A stretch of DNA of 64,000 nt from positions 1 through 64,000 of the forward strand of contig DASYXT010000096.1 of NCBI GenBank assembly GCA_035934555.1. Direction: 5' to 3'. The position numbers and the translations under genes are program-made. Source of the DNA: Verrucomicrobiia bacterium (GTDB taxonomy: Bacteria; Verrucomicrobiota; Verrucomicrobiia; Limisphaerales; UBA8199). The notes under the pieces were generated by a model that did not search any database, had not been told where the DNA came from, and was given only the letters and a program-made list of their open reading frames with translations. Shown here one piece after another: positions 7,853 to 19,800 of the stretch (its first letter is position 1; every line of letters begins with the position of its first letter).

Positions 7853-10800
7853 AGGTATGTGACGGAACTGAAGTTGGCTCAGAGCCCAACTGTGCCTCGG
7901 CCAGCGCAGCGGCCAATGCCCGGCCAAGGTCCTGAACATTGGGCTCGATAAAGATGTTCTCGTGCGACCCAGGGATGTAATTGATGGTCACGCCGCCGAG
8001 AGCCAGGCTGCCCCAGCAAAAATCCTCCTGCAGCGAACAAAACAGCGGCTGGCCCTGGGTGCGCAGCAGCGTCACGCGGCCGATATAAGCCTGGTCAACG
8101 TGCCTGACCAACGCTTGCAAGTGAGCCTGCCAAAGCTTGAGTTCGGTTTCAGGGAAATGCCGTGTGTCGATCACTTCCTCAAGGTCCACCATCTCCGAGC
8201 CGGCCGAGCCGAAACAGCGACTTTTGAACTTGCGCCCCAGCGCGCGCGCCTTACGCCTGACGAAGGCATGGCGCTCGCCCCAGGACAGTGCGGCAAAATC
8301 TCTCAACCAGTGTGCGGCGTTGCGGGCGAAGCGCCAGGCGTAGTCCGGGCGCCACCAGGTGACGGTTTCATAGCCGGCATTGGAGGGGGCGCTGTCGAGC
8401 AGTGCCACCAGGGCAACCCGCTGCCCATCAAACTGAAGTTGCCGGGCCATTTCGTATGCGACGTTGCCCCCAAAACAGTAGCCGCCCAGGTAATACGGCC
8501 CCTGCGGCTGGTGCGCGCGCACGGCTTCGAGATACAAACGGGCCATCTCTTCGAGGTTATCCGGTTCTTTCAGACCGAGTTGGCCGCGTGATTTGATCCC
8601 ATATACCGGCTGGTCGGGCGGCAAGTGCACCGCCAGGTTGGCGTAGCCCCACAAAACATCGCCGCCAGCCCCGTGGACCAGGAATAGGGGCGGCTTGGCC
8701 CCATGCGGCTGGATCGGGACGAGCAATGAATCGGACTGCGTGGCTTGTTCGCGGCAGAGCACCTCAGCGAGGGCTTTGACTGTGGGCGCCTGAAAGACGG
8801 TGACGAGCGGCAGCTTGCGGCCGGTGCTTTTCTCGATTTCCGCAAACAACCGCACCGCGAGCAGCGAATGGCCGCCCAACTTGAAGAAGTCGTCGTCAAT
8901 GCCGACCCGCTCGATGCGCAGCAATTCCTGCCAAAGCACGCACAACCGACGTTCCATCTCGGTGCCCGGCGGTGAATACGTTTCACCCTGCCGCGCGCGT
9001 GATGGTTTTTCGGCTTCAAACCGGTGGTGGACGGCGGCGATGTCGCTGGCCTGGTCGGCAATGGTTTGGTACATGGCCAGCTTGCGCGCCGAAACTGGGT
9101 TGGCTGCCGGAAGTATCGGAGTCGCAGCGGCTGCGACCGGTGCCGAGCGGGACTTGGGCGGAACAAAATGAACCTGCGCCGCGAACGCACTCGGAAACCG
9201 AAATACGAACCCGCCATTTAGAGGCTGCTTGAAGGCAGCACCAACGTTTTCGAGGAACTCCTCGACGGGTTTGTTCTTTGCCGTGCGGACAAAATGCACG
9301 CTGACCCATTCCAATTGTTGCTGGCGGGCGATCTGCCCCAACCGGGCCAGCATTTGGTGCTCGACTCCTCTGCCCAGCACTCGACAGCTCAAAAGGAACA
9401 GCTCGACCTGCAGCGTGTTGTTCCGGCGTTCGCATTGAATGGCACCAACCACGCCGTAATCGCCAAAGCGATCCCGGACCTCCACCGTCAACACCTGGCC
9501 CTTGCCCAGCAATTGCTGGGTCTCGGGTGGGGAGAGCCGGCGCGGGTGGGCATTGAATTGGTTGGTGCGCTGCGTTAACTGCGAAACCCGCCCCACCTGC
9601 TCGCCTGGCATCGGCTGAATTGTCACCTGCAGGTCCAATCCCGCAACGAAATCGGCCAGGCTCGGCGTCGCCGCGCGGAGTTGTTCTCGCTTTTTTTCCT
9701 CTTGATACAACTCGGCCCGGCGCCGGTCCTCGGTTGTCAGTTCCAACTGATCGAATGCCCAGCAATGCTGCAGAAAGTTTTCGAGCTCCTCCGGCTCCGC
9801 CGGGGTTTGCAAGACGAGCACTTCCGGACAGTTAGCGCGCACTTCCGCGCATTCGACCGGGTTATCATCCAGGAAAATGAAACTGTCCAAGCCGAGGTTC
9901 AGTTCCCTGGCGAGGTCTTTCAAGTTCTCAGATTTAGGCGACCAGTTTAATCGCATCGCCGTCAGGTGCTCACGTCGCAGCGGCATGTCGAGCCGACGCG
10001 CAAAGACTTCCAGCGCATCCTCCTGGTTGTTTTTGCTGCAGAGGCAAAGCAACTTCCCCGCTTCGCGTTGGCTCAGGAGGAATTTCTGCAACCCCTGGCG
10101 GCCGGGTTCCAAACGAACGCCGGCGGGGCCATCTTCGCCACAAACCCCCGACCACAGGGTCTGGTCGCAATCCAGCGCGATGACCTTGAACCGGGGGCGG
10201 TTCAGCGCGTCATATTTGCGAACAACCGCGGTAGCCAGCGCGGTGAAGAACTGCGGCGTATAAGGCACGTGCCCCAATTCCTCGCTTCGACTATCGGCAT
10301 ATTCCGCGACAGGATACCAGCGGGCCAGTTCTTCGGACCGAAGTAGATACACGCCGGCGATGTTCGCCAACTCCTCGGCTAAGCGGGTTTCGGCGGCTGC
10401 CAGCGCCTGCGCGCTGGGGGCATCACGCAAAAGCGCTGGTGATGCCGGGCAAAAGCAAACCAAGTAGCGGGAGGCAGAGCACGCCGCAGCGGCTTTCAAC
10501 GCCCCAGCGAACTCATTCACCGTCCGGTCGAGCCCCTCTAGTGCGCCGTACGCGCCGGAGCCGGCCACGGCCGTATCCGTGCCCAGCCAATCTTGCAGGC
10601 GCAGCAACAGCACATTCAAGCCGCGCGAGTTCCCGGACAACAGGCTGTCGGGAGCCAGCAGTTGTTGAAAGAGCTGATTATATGGAGCGAAAGTTACGGC
10701 AGCGGGCAGACCTAGTTCCCTCAACCAGAAACTGAGCGGGTCAGCCAAAGGCTCCCCGGTGAAGGTGGCGGCAATGGCTAGCGTAGGTTTTTCTTGCGAC

Positions 10801-13800
10801 GCAGCCGGCGCCTTGCTCGTTTGCACCAAATTGTCCGGAAGAACCCATTCGCGCAGTGGCGCTTGGGGCTGGTGGATTAACTGCTCGAGAATTCCCAGAT
10901 ATCCAGCGACCACCTGTTGGATTGTCGCGGGAGTGAACAAATCTGTCCGGTACTCGCAGGCCAGAACCGCCCCCTCGGGTGTATCTTCGATCTCGAATCG
11001 CAAATCGAGCAGAGCCGCGTCGAGCGTGACCGGCTCGGCGCGGCTGCGGAGTTGGTCGGTGTGAAAGGGGTCTCGGGGAAAGCTCTGTAAGAGCAGCGCC
11101 ACATTATAGAGTGGGTTTTGATTGAAGCCGCGTTGCGGGTTGACCGCTTCGACGATTTTCTCGAACGGGCATTCCTGGTGTGCCTGGGCCTCCAGTACGC
11201 TGGCCCTGACGCGGCGCAGCACTTCCAGGCCGTTTACATCCTCATTCAGTTGCGCCCGAATCGGCAGGAAATTCATGAAACAGCCCTGAACTTGCTCCAC
11301 TTCCCGCCGCGTGCGCCCGGCCACCACGGTGCCGATGACAAGGTCCTGCTGCCCTGTCCACTTTTCCAGCGTGATCGCCAGGGACGTCATATGCAGCATA
11401 AACGCGGTGCAACCCTCGCGGTGTCCCAATTGGGCCATCCCCTGCGCCACCGCTTCAGGAATGAGTTGCGTGTAGCGAGCCGCTTTGCCCGACCACCCTG
11501 CCGCGGGCGCGAAATCGGCCGGCAACCGAACCATAGGCGGCGCGCCGGTGAGGGTTCGTGTCCAATAATCCAGCTCGCGCTGGAGAACGCTTCCGTGCAG
11601 ATGCTCACGTTGCCAGTAAACAAAATCCACGTACTCAATTGGCAGCGGCGGCAGCGCGGGAGCGGGCTGGCCAGCGGCAAAGGCCGAATAGAAACTTTGC
11701 AATTCCTGCAACAACAGCGCGACCGACCAGCCATCGGAGATGATGTGGTGCAGAACCAGCGCAAACACGTGTTCGGTTTCGCTTAAGCGGGCCAATCCGG
11801 CGCGGAGCAAGGGTCCCCGCGACAGTTCGAAGGGCTGCTGCGCCAGGGCCTGGAGCCATTGCCGGTTCTGGGACTCCTGATCGGCGGGTGCCAGCGCTTG
11901 AAAGTCAGCCGCAGGCTTTTGGATGAGGATTGGCAGGCGCGGCGCGACCATTTGGCTCAGCGCGCCATTTTCGAAATGGAACGTAGCGCGTAACTGCTCG
12001 TGGCGACTGACCACACTTTGGAGCGCGCGATGCAGGGCTGCTTCGTCCAAGTGGCCCGTCAGCCGGATTGCTTGAACAACGTGATAAGCATGGCTGCCGG
12101 GTTGAAGTTGGTCCAGGAACCACAGCCGTTCCTGCACGAACGAGAGCGGATTGCGGGCGGGTCGCTGCCTGCGGCGCAAGGGATGGCCCGGCAGTTGCTC
12201 GCTCCAGCGGTGTTCTGCCAAACCTGCTGCCAAACCCTCAACTGTTGGCGTGGCAAACAGCGCTTCCAGCGGCAGCTCCACTTCGAATTGCTCGCGAATG
12301 CGCGAAATCACTCGCGCCGCCAGCAACGAATGCCCCCCGTACTCGAAAAAGTTATCCTGCACGCCAATTTTCGTGCGACCGAGCACCTCGCGCCAGATGC
12401 CCAGTAACTGTTCCTCAAGGTCGGTGCGGGGGCCGGCAATAAGAGCGCCGTCAGTGCGTGTATCCAGTTCCGGCGGCGGCAGCGCTTTGCGATCCACTTT
12501 CCCGTTAGGCGTGAGCGGAAATTTCTCGAGCACCACATACGCCGAGGGCACCATGAACTCGGGCAAACGCGCCGCGGCGACGCGGCTCAGCTCCTCCAAA
12601 GGCGGCTTTGCCTCCGGGCAACCGACGTAACCCACCAGCCGTTTATCCCCAGGCCGATCTTCCCGCACCATCACGAGCGCTTCGCGTACCAAAGGATGCC
12701 GCTTGAGCACGGCCTCGATCTCGCCAGGTTCAATGCGGAACCCGCGCAACTTCACCTGATGATCCAAACGGCCTAAGTACTCGAGATAGCCATCCGCCCG
12801 CCACCGCGCCAGGTCGCCGGTACAGTAAAGCCGTGCCCCGGGCTGCCAGGGATGGGCGATGAACTTTTGCTCGGTCAATTCCGGCTGGTGCAGATACCCG
12901 CGTGCCACCCCGGCGCCCCCGATACACAGCTCCCCGGGAATGCCGATGGGTACCGGCTGCCGATTAGCGTCCAGCACGTAAACCTGCTCATTGGCCAGCG
13001 GCCGGCCGATGGTGGCGGGTGCGCCAGGCTGTCGCAGAGTGAACGTTGAGTAGGTGGTGGTCTCCGTAGGGCCGTAGAGATCGTAAACCTTCTTGACCGC
13101 TGTTTCGCGATAAATCTGGTCCACCAACGGTGTCGGCAAGGGTTCTCCGGCCAGGTTGATAACCCGCACTTTGGCCGGCACCGATTTCAACCGCAGACAC
13201 TCGCGAATCGCCGAGGGGACCGTGTTGATCAACGTGATTTCGTCAGCGGCGGGCAAAGTGGACGGCGTTAGCGCATTCTCAGCGATGATGATTTTCCCAC
13301 CCCAACTCAGCGGCGCGAACATCTCGAACACCGAAAGATCAAAGCCGATCGAGGTGGCGGCCAAAACCCCTGCGAGTTCCTCCGCGCTGTAAGTCTCCTT
13401 TGCCCAATGCAGCAACGCCACCGCATTACGCTGCTCGATTGCGACTCCTTTAGGCCGGCCAGTCGAGCCGGAGGTATAAATTACATAAGCCAGGTTCTCT
13501 GGCGACGCTGTGCAAGTTATGGGGTTGACTGTTTCCTCGCTGGAAACACCGCCGACCTCGGGCAACTCCTCCAGCCAAACAACCGCGGATTGCCCTTCTG
13601 GAACCAGATGCGAGAACTTGCGCTGGGTAATCAGCATGGCAGCGCGGGCATCTTCCACGATCCCACGCAGGCGCTCAGTGGGATAACCAGGGTCCAGCGG
13701 TACGTAAGCGGCCCCCGCTAACATTGTGCCCAACAGGGCCGCCACGAGGTCGGGCCCGCGTTCCAGGCAGACGCCCACCAGGCGCTCCGGTCCCGCTCCG

Positions 13801-16800
13801 AAGCGCTGCAAATAAGCCGCAATTTGACGGCTGCGCGTTTCCAACTGCTGGTAAGTCCAGCGCGCCTCCCCGGCCACGAGCGCCTCAGCCTTGGGCGTGC
13901 GCGTCGCCTGTGCCAGAAACAGCCCGGGAATCGTCTGTTCCCGCGAGAAGGGCCGTTGCGTCTGATTCCATTCTACCAGCACGCGAGTGGTCTCGGCCGA
14001 AGCCATCAACGGCAACGTCGAAATGCTTTGCTCCGGGTTGGCCGCGGCTGCGGCTAGCAGCGTCAGCCAGTGCTCGATCAGCCGGGAAATCCGGGCCGGT
14101 TCAAAAAGATTATTGCGATACTCGATCCAGCCCGACACCTGCCCCGCTGCGCCGACCAGGTGTAGCAGCAAGTCCAACTTGGATGTGCGATTGTCAACTG
14201 CCAGCGGCTGAAATTGAAGCGGCGCGGAAGACGATTCCGGAACCAGCTCCGGCTCGAGCACCAACGCGGTCTGAAAGACCCGTGCATAGCCGGGTTGACA
14301 CCGCGGGTTGACGCGGCGCACCACCTCGAAGAAAGGCACCTCACTATGGGCCATCGCCTCGGTAGTCGTTTGATTGATGCGACGCAGCACTTCCCGGAAG
14401 GTTGGGTTGCCTTCCAGCCGGCAACGCAGTGCCAGCAGGTTGTCCGCATTAAAGACCAGGTCTTCGGGCACGTCCGCCATGGCGCCGGCGGCAACGGTGC
14501 CGATCACCAGATCGCTGCAGCGGGTGTACCGGTGCAGCAGCACGGCAAAACCACTCAGCAACGTCACAAACAAACTGCAGTTATCTCTCCGACTCACCTC
14601 TTCCAATCGCGCGACGAGTTCGGGCGGTACCGTCAGTGGCATGCGCGCGCCCTCGCCGTTTCGTTGTGCCGGGCGCGGATGGTCTGCAGGCAACTCCAGC
14701 ACGGGAGGCACCCCAGCCAGTTGCTCGAGCCAATATTGGCACTGCTGCTCCTGTTTAACAGAAACCGCGGCGCCCCGCGCGACCACCTCTTCGTACTGGT
14801 CTGGAGACGATACCACCTCAGGAATGCCCTCTGCGGCCGCCTGGCCATAGAGAGTTGCAAGTTCTCGTAGCAGTAGGCGCACCGAGCGGCCATCAACCGC
14901 TAACTCGTGCAGGACCAATAACAGCCAGTGTTCATCCGGACCGAGCCGAGCGAGCACGGGCCGCAAGACCTGGTGGGTGCCGACATAGGGCCGGCGCGAC
15001 TCCTGTTCCAACCGGGCCATGGCTTGTCGTTCCCGCTGTCCCTGAGGCACCGAAGAGAAATCGAGCATCGGAACGGCTACCTCGGCCGGTTCACAGATGT
15101 ATTGGAACGGCTCGCCAGAACCAGCGGGAAACACCGCCCGCAAAGCGGTATGCCGCGCTGCCAGAACAGCCAGGCTTTGGTTGAGCGCCTCAAGGTTCAG
15201 CGGCCCGGAGAGGCGAACCCCCACCGGACGATTTTGCGGGGCGCGTCCTTTATAGAATTGCTCGGCAACCCACAGCCGCTGCTGACTAAGGGACAACGGC
15301 AGCCGCCGCGCGCCGTCCAGCAGTGCGGGCGTCATCTCCAGGTGGATTGGGCACCCGGTCTCCCTCAAAAAAGCGGCCAATTCGGCAACCGTCGGATGGG
15401 CAAGGAAATCGCCAAGAGAAACGTCGCATTGCAAAGTCTCGCGAATGCGCGACAGGATCTGGGTTGCCGCAAGGGAATGGCCGCCGAGATCGAAGAAATT
15501 GTCGTGCCGCCCAATCGGTTGCACACCGAGAACTTCACTCAGCATCTGCGCGAGCTTCTCTTCCAGCGGCGACTGCACCGGCGCAAACTCCTGCTCGAGC
15601 ACCGGGCGTGCGTTGCCCGGCATAGGCAACGCACGACGGTCCACCTTCCCAGCGGGCGTCATTGGCAAACTGGTCATTCGCACGAGCCCTGCCGGAACCA
15701 TATAAGCCGGTAACTTCTTCTTGAGGTAGCTCAACAGCTCGTTGAAACCGGGCGAGTGTGGTGGACGCTCGACGTAATACCCTACGAGCCGCTTTTGACC
15801 CGGCGCGTCTTCCCGGGCTACCACAACGGCCTCTTTGACTCCCGGGTGGCCGGCGAGCACCGACTCGATCTCGCCTACCTCGATCCGGAACCCCCGCAGC
15901 TTGACCTGTTCATCCACTCGCCCGAGGAATTCAAAATTCCCATCGGGCCGGAGCCGGGCAAGGTCACCTGTCTTATATAACCGCGGCGAATCCACCTGGC
16001 CTTTAAACGGATTGGGGATAAACCGCTGCGCCGTCAACTCTGGTCGGTGCCGGTAGCCGCGCGCCAACCCCGCCCCGCCGAGATACAATTCCCCTTGCTC
16101 ACCCGGCGGCACCGGCTCCAACCGATCGGTTAAAAGCACCACCTGCGTATTGGCGATCGGACGCCCAATTGGTAGCCCCGCCTCTTCGCCGACGGCAGTA
16201 AAGACAGTTGAAGTCACGGTGGCCTCGGTTGCGCCATACGCATTCATCAGCATCACCGCGCCACCCACGCAATGCTTCCACTTCGCATGGGCGGTTTCGG
16301 ATGCCTTTTCCCCACCGATGATCATCAACCGCACTGAATGAGGTAGTTCGCTGCCCGAACGGTCCAGGTAATCGGTCAGTTCGTGCCAATAGGCCGTCGG
16401 TAGATTCAGCACGGTAATCTGTTCCTGCGCGACGAATTCCAGGAAACGCTCCGGCGTGCTGATGAGTTCGTCCGTGCGCAACACCAGCGTGGCGCCCCTG
16501 AGCCAGGTAGGGAAGATTTCCTCAACCGAGATATCAAAACTCAACGGAGTGAACTGCAGCACCCGGTCCACTGGTTGCAGCCCATACAAGCGCGCCACCG
16601 CCAGGTTATGATTCAACAATGAGCGGTGGGTCACTTCCACACCCTTCGGCGCTCCCGTTGAACCGGAGGTGTAAATGACGTAAGCCAGCGTATCAGCGGT
16701 GACCGTGGCGGCCGGCGCCCCCATCGCGCACGCATCGATAGCCGCCTTGCTCAGCGGGTCGTCCAGGCAAACCATACGGCGCCCGCCGTTATTCCAGACC

Positions 16801-19800
16801 CCCGCCAGATTCTGTTGGGTCAGCAAGAGCGGGGCGCGGCTGTCCGCCAGCATATAGTTAAGCCGCTCTGTCGGGTAAGTAGGATCCAACGGCAGATACG
16901 CCCCACCTGCTTTCCACACGCCCAGTAAAGCGGCCATCAATTCGGGCGTTCGCTCCAAACAAACCGCTACCAGCACCTCGGGCCCCACTCCCAATGTCTG
17001 CAGGTAATGCGCCAGTTGGTTGGACCGCTGATTGAGTTCGGCATAGCTCACCTCCTGGCCAGCGAAGCGCAGGGCCTTTCCCGAAGGCGTCTGCAATGCT
17101 TGACGCACAAAGCATTCCACGTAAGTGCTGGGCCCGCTAACCGGAGAGCGCGGCCCCAGGCCGGCCGATGGGATTGCCGGGCGCGCGGTCTCGACCAGGT
17201 TGGCTGATTCTAAACAGCCGGCGTGTTCCTCACTCGAACCATTCCCGCTGTTAGTTGCCGCGGCACCGGCATCAGGCGCAGGGGGTTGCAAGCTCGCCAG
17301 GGAATCGAGCCGCTTCGGCGGCTGAGGCATTCGACCGCGGTTCAAGACCTCGCTAAGGCTGACGGCCAGTGCTTGGACGCAAGGCTCCTCGAGGATCTTC
17401 TCGTGGGCCCCGCTCACCACCGTCACCGTCACCCCGGCCTTCGCCAGGTCGCGCCAGCCATAGTCCGGATCAAACGAGCACCAGAGCGGGTGACCCGGGC
17501 TCCGGAACAGGTGAACACGGCCGGGATAGGGACGGGGATGAAATTGGACCAGCGCGCGCACGTGTGCCTCCCACATTTTTCGCTGCTCCTCGTCGAAGGC
17601 AGACAGGTCCACCAGGTCGCCCGGTTCCACGCCTGTCGGCATTTGGCCGCGGGCACTTCCACGCAAGCGCTTTTTAAGGAGTCTCCATTTCCACCGAAAG
17701 AACTCACGCCGTTGGGGCCTGCTCCAGGAACAGACATAAGTGACCCAGTACAGCAGGTTCCGCAGCAAGCGCAGCCACCAAAGACCAGTCCAGGGAATGC
17801 GCGTATAGGTTGAGTTCGGCGGTGAACAATTGAAAAGGGCGAGTAACCCGACCTCCTCATTGAGCTCGGCAAGCTGGCGCGCCATCTCATACGCCACCAC
17901 CCCACCAAAGCAGTACCCGCCCAGATAGTAGGGACCTTGCGGTTGGACGCGCCGTAAGTCGGCCAGATAGGCGGCAGCCATCTCCTCGATGCTGTTATGT
18001 TCCTTTTCTCCTTCCAGGCCGCGGCTCTTGAACCCATAGACCGGTTGCTCGGGACCCAGGCGTCGCGCCAGATTGACATAGCCCCAGAACATCCCCCCGC
18101 CCGCTCCGTGCACCAGGAACAGCGGCGGCAATGAGCCCTTGGCCTGGATCTCGACGACTGAGGTCCCGGAAGAGCCCTGGCGCTGGTCTTGATGCAACGC
18201 CACGCACAACTGTGCCACAGTGGGCGCCTGGAACACAGTAGCCAGCCGCAGCTTCTTGCCGAAAACTTTTTCAACCTGCGCCAGCAGCCGCACTGCCAAA
18301 AACGAATGGCCTCCCAGCTCAAAAAATTTGTCTTCCACACCGATGGGCCTGACGCCCAAAACGCTCTCCCAAATCTGCACCATCTGCGTTTCGGCCTCGG
18401 TGCGCGGCGCGGTATATTGTTTCTCAAGCTCCGGGCGGGCTTGCTCAGGCGCCGGCAGTGCCTTGCGGTCCACCTTGCCGTTGGGCGTCAGCGGCAGCTT
18501 TTCCAAGCGGATGAAAGCCGCCGGCAACATAAACTCGGGTAATTTCCGGCTTAGAAAATTCCGAAGTTCGCTGGTGTTCGGGGCGGCCGGCCCGGCCGGA
18601 ACAAAATAGGCCAGCAACCGGCGATTGGCCGCGCTCTCCCCCCAGAGTCTCGTCACGCAATCCTTAACCCCCGGGTGGCTGCTCAATACCGTTTCCAATT
18701 CCCCAAGCTCAACCCTGAACCCCCGGATTTTGACCTGCTGATCGATTCGCCCAAGAAACTCGATGGTCCCGTCCGTCCGGTACCTCGCCAGGTCACCCGT
18801 TTTGTACAGTTTCTGGCCCGGGATAAATGGATTGGACACGAACCTCTCGGCCGTCAATTCCGGCCGGTTCCAATAACCGCGCGCGAGGCCATCGCCCCCG
18901 GCGTACAGCTCGCCCGCCACACCGCTCGGAACGGGGTTGCGATGCCGATCCAGAATGTACACTTGAGTGTTGGCAATGGGGCGTCCGATGGGAACTGAAA
19001 CGGCGCCCTCGTTGAGCTCCTGCACCCGGTAGCAGCAAGTGAAGGTCGTGTTTTCGGTCGGACCATAACCGTTCAGCAAGCGCTCCGGCGGCCCTTCTCG
19101 CAGCACCGAGCGAACCCATTTCGGATCGAGCGCTTCACCACCGGCCAGCACCGTGCCCACACCCGCCAGACTGCCTGGCGCTTCTGCGGCCAATTGATTG
19201 AACAGCGCCGCTGTCAAAAACATCGCGGTAATCTTCTGCTCGCGCAAAGCGCGCCCCAGCAACCTCGGCGAGAGCAGGACCTCCTGGCTAATCCCCACCA
19301 ATTGCCCACCGTTCAACAACGCACCCCAAATCTCAAATGTCGCGGCATCGAACGACACATTGGAAATTTGCGCGAGCCGGTCCCGCGCGCCCAGGTGGAT
19401 GAAATCGGTGTTCAGGACCAGGCGATTAATGGCCCGGTGCGGCACGGCCACGCCTTTGGGTTGGCCGGTCGAACCCGACGTGTACATGATATACGCGAGG
19501 TTCTCCGGCTCCGCCAGCCCCGCCGGGTTCTCCCTGCTCTCTTTGGCGGCCATCTCCCAGTCGCTGTCCAGGCACACGACTTTGGTCGGCTCCGAGGTGA
19601 ACCGACTCAGCAATCCTTGCCGGGTCAGAACCACGGGTGCGCCCGTGTCTCGAAGCATGAACTGCAGCCGCTCACCAGGATAACCTGGATCCAGCGGTAC
19701 GTACGCACCACCCGCTTTGAGAATTCCCAACAAGCCGACAATCAGTTCCTCCGAAGGTTCCAGCGCCACTCCCACCGGCACGTCCGGCCCAATCTTTAAA

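Noticed and set aside
8570-18427. Multiple 60-330-aa ORFs on both strands inside the NRPS2 gene (e.g. 8570-9217, 9016-9765, 17429-18427, 14928-15713)
   Set aside because: All lie within the continuous 13.5-kb NRPS reading frame. They are Arg/Pro-rich with no domains. These are GC-rich shadow frames.
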